Positions 13,401-30,500 of a stretch of DNA of 64,000 nucleotides are shown here, one piece after another; positions within the stretch are counted from its first letter, which is position 1, and every line of letters begins with the position of its first letter. Made by a program: the position numbers and the translations under genes. The notes under the pieces are model-generated. The model was not told the origin of the DNA, did no database searches, and saw only the letters and a program-made list of their open reading frames with translations. The stretch comes from Lingula anatina (taxonomy: Eukaryota > Animalia > Brachiopoda): the NCBI GenBank assembly GCA_051362555.1, contig CM120640.1:2604001-2668000 (forward strand), read 5' to 3'.

Positions 13401-16400
13401 TCAAAACAACTCCAGGGAGGGTTCTCACCTGTCTTCCTAGGTGTGTGCACTGACATTAATAGACTAAGAAGAGTAATAAAACTTCGCTGTTTTTTTAAAA
13501 TAATAGATACACCTGGAAAAAATTACGCCTCTACAAATGTTAGAAATAGGTGCGTTTAGGTGAGATCTTGTCATGACACTAATCAATTCAATGTCTAACG
13601 TTGGCTATTTGTTACAAATTTAGTTTGAAAAGAGGTGTTTCATTAAATCGTTTAAGAAATAGTATTGAGAAGCTTCCCCTATTACCTCCATTACCTCAAC
13701 ACGTTTCATGTAAAATAATAATAATATATAAACATTTTTAATTGCTAAAATATCTATCAGTTGCAGTTGTACCTTCACTTTGATATATTTCTTTATAAAT
13801 AAATCAAAACATAAATTTAGTTTAGTAAAAGAAGTGAAAATGGAAAACGGGCTTTACAAACATCAGTTTATTAGAAGCTAAGTATCTTGTCTGAAAAATA
13901 AAAAAACAGTTGCATAATTCTGAACGGTCATGTTCGTACGTTGATTTGTTTGTGCAGGTGGCATCTGTTTGTGAACGTGAACTTCCTTGAACTCCAAGAA
14001 CCGTCAACAGTGCACTCTCTGAGATATATATACATGTATTTTGTAAACATACGCCCTTGTTTCTTTCATATGGTAGAGAAATGTATGTTTTAGTATCCAT
14101 TTCCATTCACTTTATTTTCTTCACCACTCAATACATCTTGTGAAATGAAAGTTCTTGTAGGGTTCAAAATATTGAGTTTCTTATTCAGATATAATGTGCA
14201 TTGTATTTGGGGATCCCTATAAGTCAATTAGATGGAAAATGCATAACGTTTGTAGCGAATGTTGTGGTTTTGTATAATTTCACACAAAAAAGACGACGTC
14301 GTCTAATTTTGATACTTTGTGTACCAAAAAGCACTTCCGTTTTTACAATAATTCCATCAAGTTAAAAAAAAAGCGTGTGGTCTGCAGATTCTATTTACAT
14401 CTTCCTTATAAACAATATGCTTGCTGAATTATGTCTGGTATGTCGACTTTACATCGAAAACAAAGACCCCTACCGATGTGTGTATTTGGAGTAGGTCCTT
14501 TACTAGGCCAATGTAGCGCCGCCCAGGACCAAATGATTGGTTCCTGATTTGCGAACATACGGCATGCCCTAAGGAAGATCTGTACCAAATAAACGCCGAC
14601 GCTGGCTTATATTTCTTGATGTTTTACTAAGCCTCAGGACGTGACCTGAATTTTGAGGCGAATCTTGAAATTCAAACCAATGGTGCCCACTGACATTGTT
14701 TACTCCAAGTACATGTTTTTATCGCTTTTTAAGGAATTTTTGCCAGGTATGTTATTTAGATCCAGGGTTGATACTTTAATGCTGATTGGGATTTTTTTAA
14801 CAAGATCAAGCCTTTTATAATATCTGAAACCACTGTTGCACGTACATACAGGGCAGACCTCGTGTTACGCCATACAAATATTACGTAAAACCACATTTTT
14901 GACAAAAGACAAAAATAGTCTCAAATGTTTCTATGAAAAATGAAACATTAGTCTTATTATCTAGAGATATCAAGACGGGAACATCTTCCTTACCTAAGAC
15001 TTCATTTTTACCAATAAATGTTCTGTGATATAGTATGTCTTGATACTCTCTTTGTGCACATGTGTAAATACACGTATGTTCGCCTATTGTTATGTGGACT
15101 GTACATTTTATTGTCATTGGTTGATATTTTTGTTGTTTTATTTTTGTAATAGATACTTATGTAACGCAGTAGTCTACATGAATGTGTGTTTATGTGATTG
15201 CGTGGGAGCGTGCGTGCTTGTGTTTTTTTTTTTATTTAAGCATGTTTCCGTTTGTGTGCATACGTGTGTATTTGTAGTCGGACATGGAGGTACTTTATTT
15301 CCCCCCATACTCCCAGCACTGAGCCTTCTCCACAACACCTGTGGGTGATTTACAGGATTTACCTTACTGAAGATAATATAAATAGCTTCGTCGGTCTGAC
15401 CCTTGCTTCCAGATTTTGTTACATCGCCAGACGGAACAGGCGTTGTCCGTGAAACCACTGCCGGCATTACGATCAGATCAGCAATTCAGGACTTCTAGGG
15501 AGATTGCACCTTGTTCTTCGCATAAATGAATGCTAAGGTAAGTTGAATACAAAAGTTTTAATGTTAAAATTGTCTGAAGATATCTATATGTAGGTATGGC
15601 ATTCAGAAACATTTATGGCCTTTTCAGAAACAGACATGGACTTGGCACAAGGTACTGCTTGTTTCTTAATTGTACAGATTTTTTATCTTTTCGTTTGTGA
15701 TGCTTATTATCAAATAATCAACAGTGCGAACACGCCAGGAAAAGGCAAATTGATGCCAGCATTTGCTTATTACAAACAATTATAACTGGTATTTGTTTTT
15801 TAGTTTTTGTATTAAAATCGGTTCCTAGTATCACATCCTAATATAAGACGCCTGACGGTGTAAGAATCACTAATCTAAACTTTTATGTTGTAAAAATCTT
15901 GTTGAAAGCTGTTCATGTAGGTGTTTAATTTAGAGTAAAACATTTTTATCAAATAATTTTGTCTTGTGTTTCCTCTATATCTCATTTCTTCTACATGATA
16001 AAATATGCAGATGTTCTTTCTGTCATACAAGTACATATAGAGACCAAAATGGAAACACATGATTTGGATATCCACTTCTTGTAATGACTTCCGACGGCCT
16101 GTGTTACTAGTGAACTCGCTGGAAGTGACTAACCCTTAAAATGAGCCGAGACGCTCCTTATTTCCGCATAATAAGTGCGATCTATTAGAGAGAACATACA
16201 GAACCGACTGTTTGGTAATGTTCACAGGCGTAGCACTGATCCAGTAACCCCGATGATATGTATGCTATTTGCTATTTGTATAATAGTTTTGACAGGTGCT
16301 GAATGACAATGAGATTCACATTTGTTTAGGTGGAAATAATAAGTAGACAGCAGTATTGGTATTATTACATTATATACAGTAATTTAAGTAGTTTCAGCAT

Positions 16401-18822
16401 GCGGATATATTTTTGTTCTTCAATTAAGTCTACCATTTAAATATTAGGAAAATACGGTGGCTTATCCAGCCGACTTATTGTCTAATTGGGAATGTAATTA
16501 CATTTACAATCAGCTCCAGTCTGATATATCCGCGTAGCTTTTGAAAATAACATAGCACACGGCATAACCTTTGCCATCAAATTATCCAGATGTTAAACAA
16601 GCAGTGGCAGGTTAGACGACCTTTCAGGCTAGGTGCTTTTATTTGCCAGAAGACGCCTTCTTTCTACAATATCGTACCTGTGTGTATAATTCTTTGTGTG
16701 CGAGAGTTAGACCTGGTAGACTTGTGTCTGGCATTTCAGATACGTTCCATGTTTTATGAATAGATTGAAATGATCAGTTTTGGGTTTAGGCAATTCCATT
16801 GTGGTGTTTACCAAGATGGTTCTGGAGGTAATTTCAGTGCGGCAACCAAGAATATCTCACGTATCACTTTAAAAGATATATAAAAGATACTAATGCTTTT
16901 TAAATGTGACCTAACAGTGCAAAACAACATGAACATGCCCCTGTATGTCGATCTGGTAAAGAAGCGTTCTACGAATGTAGATACGCTTCGACATACCCGT
17001 GTTCTAACAGATACAGGAAATCAATTCCCCGCTTGCAGCCTCGAGCAAGATAACAGCGTCCGTGGTCGTTCAGGTAACCCCTTGGTTGGTGTTTATAATT
17101 TTTCCATACAGGTGTTACATTCAGTACACCTCCCAAGTCTCGGTGAATTACTGCCAGTTAGATCAGATAAATCAAAGGAATACGCGATTTTGCTTCAAGG
17201 TGAGTCCATACAGCAGGTGAAACTGGGCAATGTGGAAACAGGTCTTCGGTTTGCTGGATATGTGATGTTCATAAAACATGTAAATGGGGTGTTATATTGT
17301 ACAAAATATAACTCATATTGAGGTAAAACCAACATATATTAAAAGAAACGTGTTTGAAATGTTTAAAAGAAACGTGTTTGATATATTTAAATACACACTA
17401 CTTATATTCTTTAATTTGTAAATGTTACGAGAGAAATATAGATTATTTCATTTTTTGTTTGATGCGATCCTTTGGTCAGTCTTCAGATAAAAACATGAAT
17501 CTTTGAAACAATTTAGGTTTTAAAATAATGGATTTTTTCATACTTTTCCCTGAATGCCCAATTCGTTTTACCATTTCTAATCATTTTTACACTTCATAAA
17601 CGTGCTTTTTTGGACATTTTTATGTCCGTACATGTACAAAACTCGGTCCCTTCTTTGTTAACATATTTTACAGTATAAATATTGCAAACACGGTATACTC
17701 CTAAAAGACGCTAGTTTTACAGTTAATGTGGCGGCTAATTAATCCACCATTACCCCAATACGGAATTCATTACAGAATTTCTTTTACTCGTTATGCATTG
17801 AGAGTTTTCTTGTTATTTGACCCATTACCAATTGAAGTTCAGGTATCATTTCCTTGCGGCACTTGTTTTCATCTTTGTAAGAGTCCTGTTGCCCTTTGCT
17901 CCAGTAGAGGGCTGTGTAAATAGAAAAATGCCGTTCCTGGAGAAACTAGCTGCTATTAGTTTTTCTACATTGTGAGAAAAATCTGTGCCAAATTTGCACC
18001 TGGGTGCACTTGCTTCAGAAACTTCGCAGATTATTTTAGTTGTACAGCGTGTTTTCTTTACTAGTCTATGTTGACACGAACTGCGCTTGTTTTAACAAGT
18101 GTAGCAAAAAAAAAAAAAAAAAACCTTAATCTTCACCATCCATTTATTAACAAGCTGATATACCTAAAAATGCAACTCAGATTCAGAGTCTTTTTTGCGC
18201 TTTACCTTTTTTGTGTAAAGTTAAGTATCTGCAAAATATGAATAAATGTTTAAATCTATTGTAATTAATTGACATGTTAAGTGCTAATGGAAATTCTCTA
18301 AATTGTCTTATCAAACTTTTGCTTATTATTCTATAGCGCAAAATAAACTTAAAATCTATATTTATTCTTCTCGTAACACGCACCTGTAGATAGAAGAATT
18401 TAATTTTACATACGTCACGTCTGGAGCGTGCTTCGTGTATCTGCTGAGAGTTGTTTACATCGGATAAATTGTAGAAGGATCTCGTAAACAAACTTTAGAG
18501 TGCCCCCAACTAAGATAATAAGCTATCTTTTCAGAGGCAATTTTATAACAGTCAGTCTGAAAAGTATCTAATAGCATATTTTAATAAATCTTGTTTCCTG
18601 AATAAGGAGCGAGCTAGGTGAGTAACCCCCAGTGGAATGTTTTTCTTTTTTTTTTTTTTCTTTTTTAATGAATTAAACAAGAAGTACTACATGAAAATGT
18701 GGGTGACCATGCAATTCCGAATTCTATTGTTGTCCATGCAATTCCGAATTCTATTGTTGTCTAAATATTACACACCCAAACAGTCAATTCTGTGACATCA
18801 TCAATATGGCAAACACTACTTC

Positions 18823-19340
18823 TCAAACCACATATGATAAAGTTCCACATATAAGAGTATAGTGGTTACTTGAACTTCTCATCAAGTTTCTCTGCATTTT
18901 CAATACGATTAATTTCAATATCTTGTAAAACAGGTACGTGTTGTAAGCTTGCAACAATTTACTTGATTTTGTAAATTGTTTCATCTGTCTGATATCCATC
19001 AGGGTTTCCACCTGTCTGGAAAACTTGTGTAGTGTTGAAACTGATGGAAGTATCCAGAACTTCATCGTCTCCAGAATGCGGTCAAATAGTGACATTTAAC
19101 TGTTAAAACCAATCAACCCAGATACTTTTATCAATTTGGATCCTTTGGGCATCTGAGATAATAAAGACATAGCCTTTTGCGTTCCTATGTTAGGAATGCT
19201 CTCAGATAAACAGGTTTCCCGAGCTCGTAATTCTTTGTTGACGTAATAAACTAGATTGTAGAATATGGAGGAGTCCACATTCTTTTTGTACCAATTTAGC
19301 TAAGTAGGATAGCTCATCTTCAAAGTATCTCGTCCTACCA
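18823..19340 (-). pseudogene. Possible decayed coding remnant (TE or pseudogene) of unknown origin
   Basis: About 170 codons in one minus frame interrupted by only two stops; ORFs 19096-19278 and 18823-19095 abut in the same frame. No motif recognised. Confidence 0.2.
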
Positions 19341-19430
19341 TCGTCACAAATTTAATCATGGTGAAGATGGAGTAGTAACTGGAAGAAATGCATTCTTTTT
19401 GTTTGGTTTTCAGAGGCAGAAGCTGTCAAA

Positions 19431-24482
<5,052 letters not shown>

Positions 24483-25402
24483 ATGCCTAGTGACTTGTAG
24501 AATTTTACGAAAAATTAACACGTCTGTATTGAGATTTATCAACGTAAGTACACGTAATGCGGTTTTCATCAATCGGAGAAAACGCCATCTGTGACAGGCA
24601 GTATTAAATGACAGTTTTTGGGACACAGTATTTGGTAAATTTCTAATTGAGGAAAAATTATTTTCATACTTTCAAAGTGGAAAATAGCGTAGTTAAAAAA
24701 GTAAATTTTTGTTCTGAGAAGGGCAAAAATTAAGCTGCAAATGTGTGTCAGTGTGTAGGGCTTCTGGACCATAATTACGTCACAGCTGTAATTTTTAGCA
24801 TAACATTTAAATAGTGGAAAAAGAAAAGATTATGAAGTAATTTACACGAGAAAGTGTAGTTCTATGTTCCATGTATGGATTTTAAAATCCGGTCACTGAC
24901 TCAATCGGTTTGTTTAACCCTTAGTTCGTTATATTAGCTCTCTTATTAATGCCATAAAATCTTGAGATGTTTTTATCAGGTTACTCTTTATTTAGCAAAT
25001 GTAGATACAATTTTTTGTTTTATAGACCAACCCTTATATGTTTACCTGTGCAGATATGCAAGTTGTCAACAATACTAAAACCCCATTTTGTACAAGACGT
25101 GAGTTATATTGTTTGCCCCCAAGTTTTTATGGAAAAATAAAATAATACCCAAAACCTAGTTTATTGTTACGAAATTTACATCAAAATTGAATCTATCTCT
25201 CTAACATTTATTTCTATTATATTATGTTCACGATTATTTCAACAAGCGACGATATAAAATTTGGCATGCGCTTAATATGATAATAACAATAGCTTGATAT
25301 GTCCTCTTTTAAATAAATATCGTATAGTCAGTGACAAATTTTCATTCACGAATAAAGTCATTTTGGTCACAATTTCGGACGGTCATCTTCACAGTATGTC
25401 CA

Positions 25403-27469
25403 TCACAACAGTGGCGCCGTTTGGAGCAAGCTGAGTACGACAAGAAGTGGGGCCCAGATGGAAGCTACTGAAAAGTAAAATAATGTACATATGTATTACA
25501 AGTGAAACTATGAATATAACAGAACCTGAACAACTATAAAAAGACATTGAAGAATATTCTACAAAATTGACATTCATTCTTCAATATATACCATTTTATT
25601 AATTAAGCATTAGCTTCACCTTTTCTCGCGTCACTGGATGTCTGCTTGTTAGAAGCAGTGGCAGGTGTGGTGTTCTGTGCGGACGATGCTGTGGACGAAG
25701 CAGATTTAACACTGGTCTTTGGTGTTTTAGGACTAGAGTTTACAAGTGTAGGCGGAACACAGTAGGTATCATGCAAAGTTTTCTGTGAATTCAAAACTCC
25801 GTCAAATCTCTGAGTGACGACTTGAGGACAGATTTGGTTAACTTGGAGAAACAGATTCTCTTGACATTGTTGGACAATGGGGTACTGCCTAGAAAAAAAC
25901 GGAGAAATGCAAACATGGATGAACTTTAATAATGAATATTTCGAAGATGACCTACCTGACCTACAAGTAGGCCTATATATCCAGTATGTATGCTCAGAGG
26001 ATGCTTATGATCTCTTAACAAAATGAGTATTTGGACAAAAAGAAATCAATAAAAATTACGACTAAAAATTGCTCCATATAAAACAGATTAACAAAACCGT
26101 CGACATTTGCAGAAAGCCAATACTTAAACAAGGCTTTGGACATTGTTTATCCTATTAGTATTACCCTCTGTAGCAGTCGATTTTAGATCCTCCACACCGG
26201 TCACACAGAAGTTTATCTTCTGACTTGAAATATACGGATACTTATTGGTCAAAACCGAGTAATTTTGTATCTGATATCACATTATGTCATATTAAACTTA
26301 ATATCTCTGAAAGAGGCATGTTTACACGGACCACACATCTCCTATTTACCTGCACAGTTCAGGAACCACGTTAGGGTTCTGGGACAGATCTATTCCCGAG
26401 TATGGGGCTAGTGGCGCGAGACACTGGAAAAACCACTCCGTCAACCTCACACATTCTGGAACATAACAAACAATTGAAACTAAACAGAAAAAGTAAAAAA
26501 TTAAATCTGGGATTCGTTAAAATCATTTACCGTTTACGTGACATATTCCCATTGGGTCCATCAATGAATGACGAAAAATTTTGAAAAACACGAGAAATGC
26601 TGTTTACGATGTTCAGTTACGGTTTACCGAATGATACTACACGTACAGACAAATGTCACAACAAAACGTCACATTTTTAATTGAAACAGAAACTATACTG
26701 AAAACACTGAGCATATACGGTAAGAGGGTGTCACCTTCGGCATGCCCTTGGGCTTTGACATCTTGTGTACAGTAGGGTTCAACTGGTGAAAAGGATGTTA
26801 GAATTTGGTTGTGATATTGAGTCTTAAGATCATGGCAGAGGGAGCCGTTGGTGACGAATTCACCGCAGTTCTTGGCGTTTGCTAGTGCGCTTAAAATGTA
26901 AATCGTATTGACTGTAGTGATTTGTGGATATGTTTTTTTTTTCAATTTTAAAGACGATAAAATCTATGTATATTTCGTGTTTTTGCATATAAATACAATA
27001 TTTAAACGAAATACATAATACCAATACATTACTATTGCTTTTTCTGTAGACTAGCCATTGAATCAAATAATTTTTATCATTCCATCATTTTAAAAGTTCT
27101 GTTCAAAGTCTTGAATATATTGATTGGAATCATATTTTTCAAAATGCTGTTTAAAAAAGCTACCAATTATATGATGTCTGAAATGCATTACGTGCAAAGT
27201 GTGACGCGAACATCAGCAGTGACGTTGTCGAGACGAATAGCATTGAAGATCCTTGACACGTCACTGAAACACTCGTACACGCTCTGAATCTCTTGGTTGA
27301 AATTTTCGCAGCCAGGTGGAGCTGAAATCGGAGAATTTCATGTTAACAATTTCCAATGTTTCTAAGTCATTTTTCTAGTGCATGTGCGTCTTCGCTTTGC
27401 TAAGAAATGTTGGTCCAGTCCATTGCTTCATGTTTAATGACACATGATAAATTAATGGACCTAAATGTA

Positions 27470-27517
<48 letters not shown>

Positions 27518-30500
27518 TTGTAATTGAGGAAAACGTTTAACAGATAAACGTTTTTCGCATTTTATCTTCAAGAAAAAACAGCCATAACATTTTGCGTAGC
27601 TCTGTTTTTTTCATACTGAATTGCCTAACTGAATTCAAACTGAATTCGTAACATCTCTTACACCAAATCAGGGCCACATGAAATATTTATATCAGGTCTA
27701 TCATGTATATTTCATCATGTCTGAGGCACCCTTCCGTCAGAAAACATGTTTCCCAACGAGACATGCGACATAAGATTAAGAGTAGGCCTACCTACAACTT
27801 GTTCCTGTGTACAGAACTGTTCTACCTGCACCAAGGAGACAGCAATTTGGCTGTAATACTGAGACTGCAGCTGTTCACACCGGGAGGAATTCACAATGAC
27901 TTGGCCACAGTGCTTTGCCTCTCCTAGAGTTCTGAAAGACATGTATTCAAGGTTAGGATGTTCAGTCTGCATTCTCATGAATTCTACAGAACACGTTTCC
28001 CTCATTTCGGTTGTGTAAGCAGAAAAATAGATGTAATCACAGGCGTTCACTTATATTTTATTCGAAAGTAAACGTGAGCGTCTAATTTTAGTAAACGACT
28101 ATTAGATGAAAAGGGATTGAATCTAAACATAGATATGTTCGAGATGTTATTTATACTTAAGTTAGGCGTCTCACCTGCAAAGATACGTGCGATCGGCAGC
28201 TGTGACGTTGTCAAGGCGAATACCACTGAGGACAAATGTCACGTTATTAAAACAGCCATGTACATTTCTTATTTCTTGAGTAAATTGTTCACATCCAGGT
28301 AGGGCTGAAAAAATGTTGATGAATGTATTAACAAGATAAGAAAAAACACTTTCATTTTCATGCAGAGGGATGTGCCTATCCAATAGTGCGTTAACATCAA
28401 ATAATTCGGACTTGTACCAACTTATTTTTATTTTTATTTTTATTTGGCACATTACATGTAACAGAACGCTACTTGTATGGCATAGAAAACACTTCAAGAC
28501 CTAAAACTAGAACTCATCACTTTTTATCCATTAGAAGAATAAGATGAGACTTTTTCGAGCATTTCACTTTTTGACAAAGACCCCTTTTCAATAAAAAGGG
28601 ACTTAAGCTTATTTAAGATAGCACTTTTAACATCTAATATATAACAACCACGACTAACGAATAAAGATTGAATATAAGATTTTCACCCCAAAAAAAGAAA
28701 AGGAAATTTCGGGGTTCTAGGAAAATACGCACTTCTCGTTAACCAGTACAAATAAAAGAAAGAAAGGAAAAGAAAAAAAGACAAGAATGGAAGAGCAAAA
28801 GTACCTTCAATGTCTCCTTCGATGCAGAATTGTTGAACTTGTTGAAAAGGTGGTAAAATTTGATTTTGATATCGGGCGTGAACTGCTTCACAGCGGGAGG
28901 TATTAGCAATGGCGTTGCCACAGGTAACGGCTTCTGACAGTGTACTGAAAATTGAATCTCTTGGTTTAAGAACCGGTTTTTTTCATTTTATCTATGTATT
29001 AAGTAATCCATAAGATATAAATAGATTCAAATTTGCTTTAAGCCTGCATGTCCATGCTCTTTACACTATGTTGTCCATGTTTCGGTTAAAACAGTGCCTG
29101 CTGTAACCATGGGCATTAACATCTCTTTTTTTTTTTCAAAATGGTTTAAGATGGACATAAGTGTCAAATTAAAGTGCAAGACAATAATATGGAATCAGAA
29201 TGCATCTGTGAAAGTGGTCTTTTATTATAACCGGTTCTCACCTGCAAATATAGGTACGATCTGCAGTTGTGACATTGTCAAGGCGAGTACCTCTGAGGAC
29301 GTTGGCCAAGTTATTAAAACAGCCGTGTACATCTCTTGATACCTGCCTGTAATTTTCACACCCAGGTAGCGCTGCAAAATTTTTGATTTATATATTAACA
29401 AGAATAAAACAAAACGATAATTGTATTTTCGTGCACTTGAATGGTTTTTAACATGACATAATTCGGTTTTGCGCCAACTCAGCTCAGGTTTGTGTGTGTG
29501 ACTTTAAACACCTACGGTCTTTATTTCATCTTTAGAAGCAATTTAACCACGCATAAAACTCATTTAAGAAATCACTCTTAGGTGTTTACTGTATAACAAC
29601 AAAACCTCAATGCATAGATATAAATAATGACGTAATATTTTACTCAAAAAAAGGAAAAAGAAAAAACCAACTGTTTGGATATTTGGGGGTTTCTAGGCAA
29701 ATACGCAGTTTCTGTTAATAAAAGGGAAACGAAATGAGGAACAAACGTACCTTCAATGTCTTCTTCAATGCACAATTGTTGAACTTGTTGAAAAGATGGT
29801 AATATTTGATTTTGATATCGTGCGTGAACTGCTTCACAGCGGGAGGTATTGGCAATGGCGTTGCCACAGGTAACGGCTTCTGACAGTGTACTGAAAATTG
29901 AGCCTCTTAGTTTAGAACCGATCCTGCAAACTCATGAACTTAAGGTTATTGTAACCCTTTATTATCACCCAGATGCCGAAAATGGGTTTTAAATCAGCGT
30001 TGAAACGGTGATCGTGGGTACTCAGGTAAAATAGAAATTTGAAAAAACGATTTTTCGGTTTTTACCCCAAATTGCAATTATGACGTCACCCGTAGGATGA
30101 GATATGTGTAAATGTTACTTGATTTAGTCACTGAACACTGAAGATTTATTTATTACCCAAAAGAATGTATTAAGGCAGTTAATAAGGTGTTTTGGGCGAA
30201 GGTTGACAATATCCTTAACAACATGCTTTCCGTGTTTCGGCTATATCAGCAGATAAATACATGTAACCATAGACAGGAACTTCTTTTCATTCCGAAATGG
30301 ACGTAAATGTCAAATTAAAATAAAAGACAATAACATGGAATCGGGGTGAACTTGGACATAGAAACTGTTGAAGGGATCTAAAAACCTAACCAAAATGGTA
30401 CGTTAAATTCCTCACCTGCAAATATAGGTACGATCTGCAGCTGTGACATTGTCAAGGCGAATACCTCTGAGGACGCTGGACAAGTTATTAAAACAGCCGT

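Noticed and set aside
16893-17321. 142 aa plus-strand ORF upstream of the kinase
   Set aside because: No recognisable domain and contains internal donor-like sites; at most part of an alternative 5' exon.
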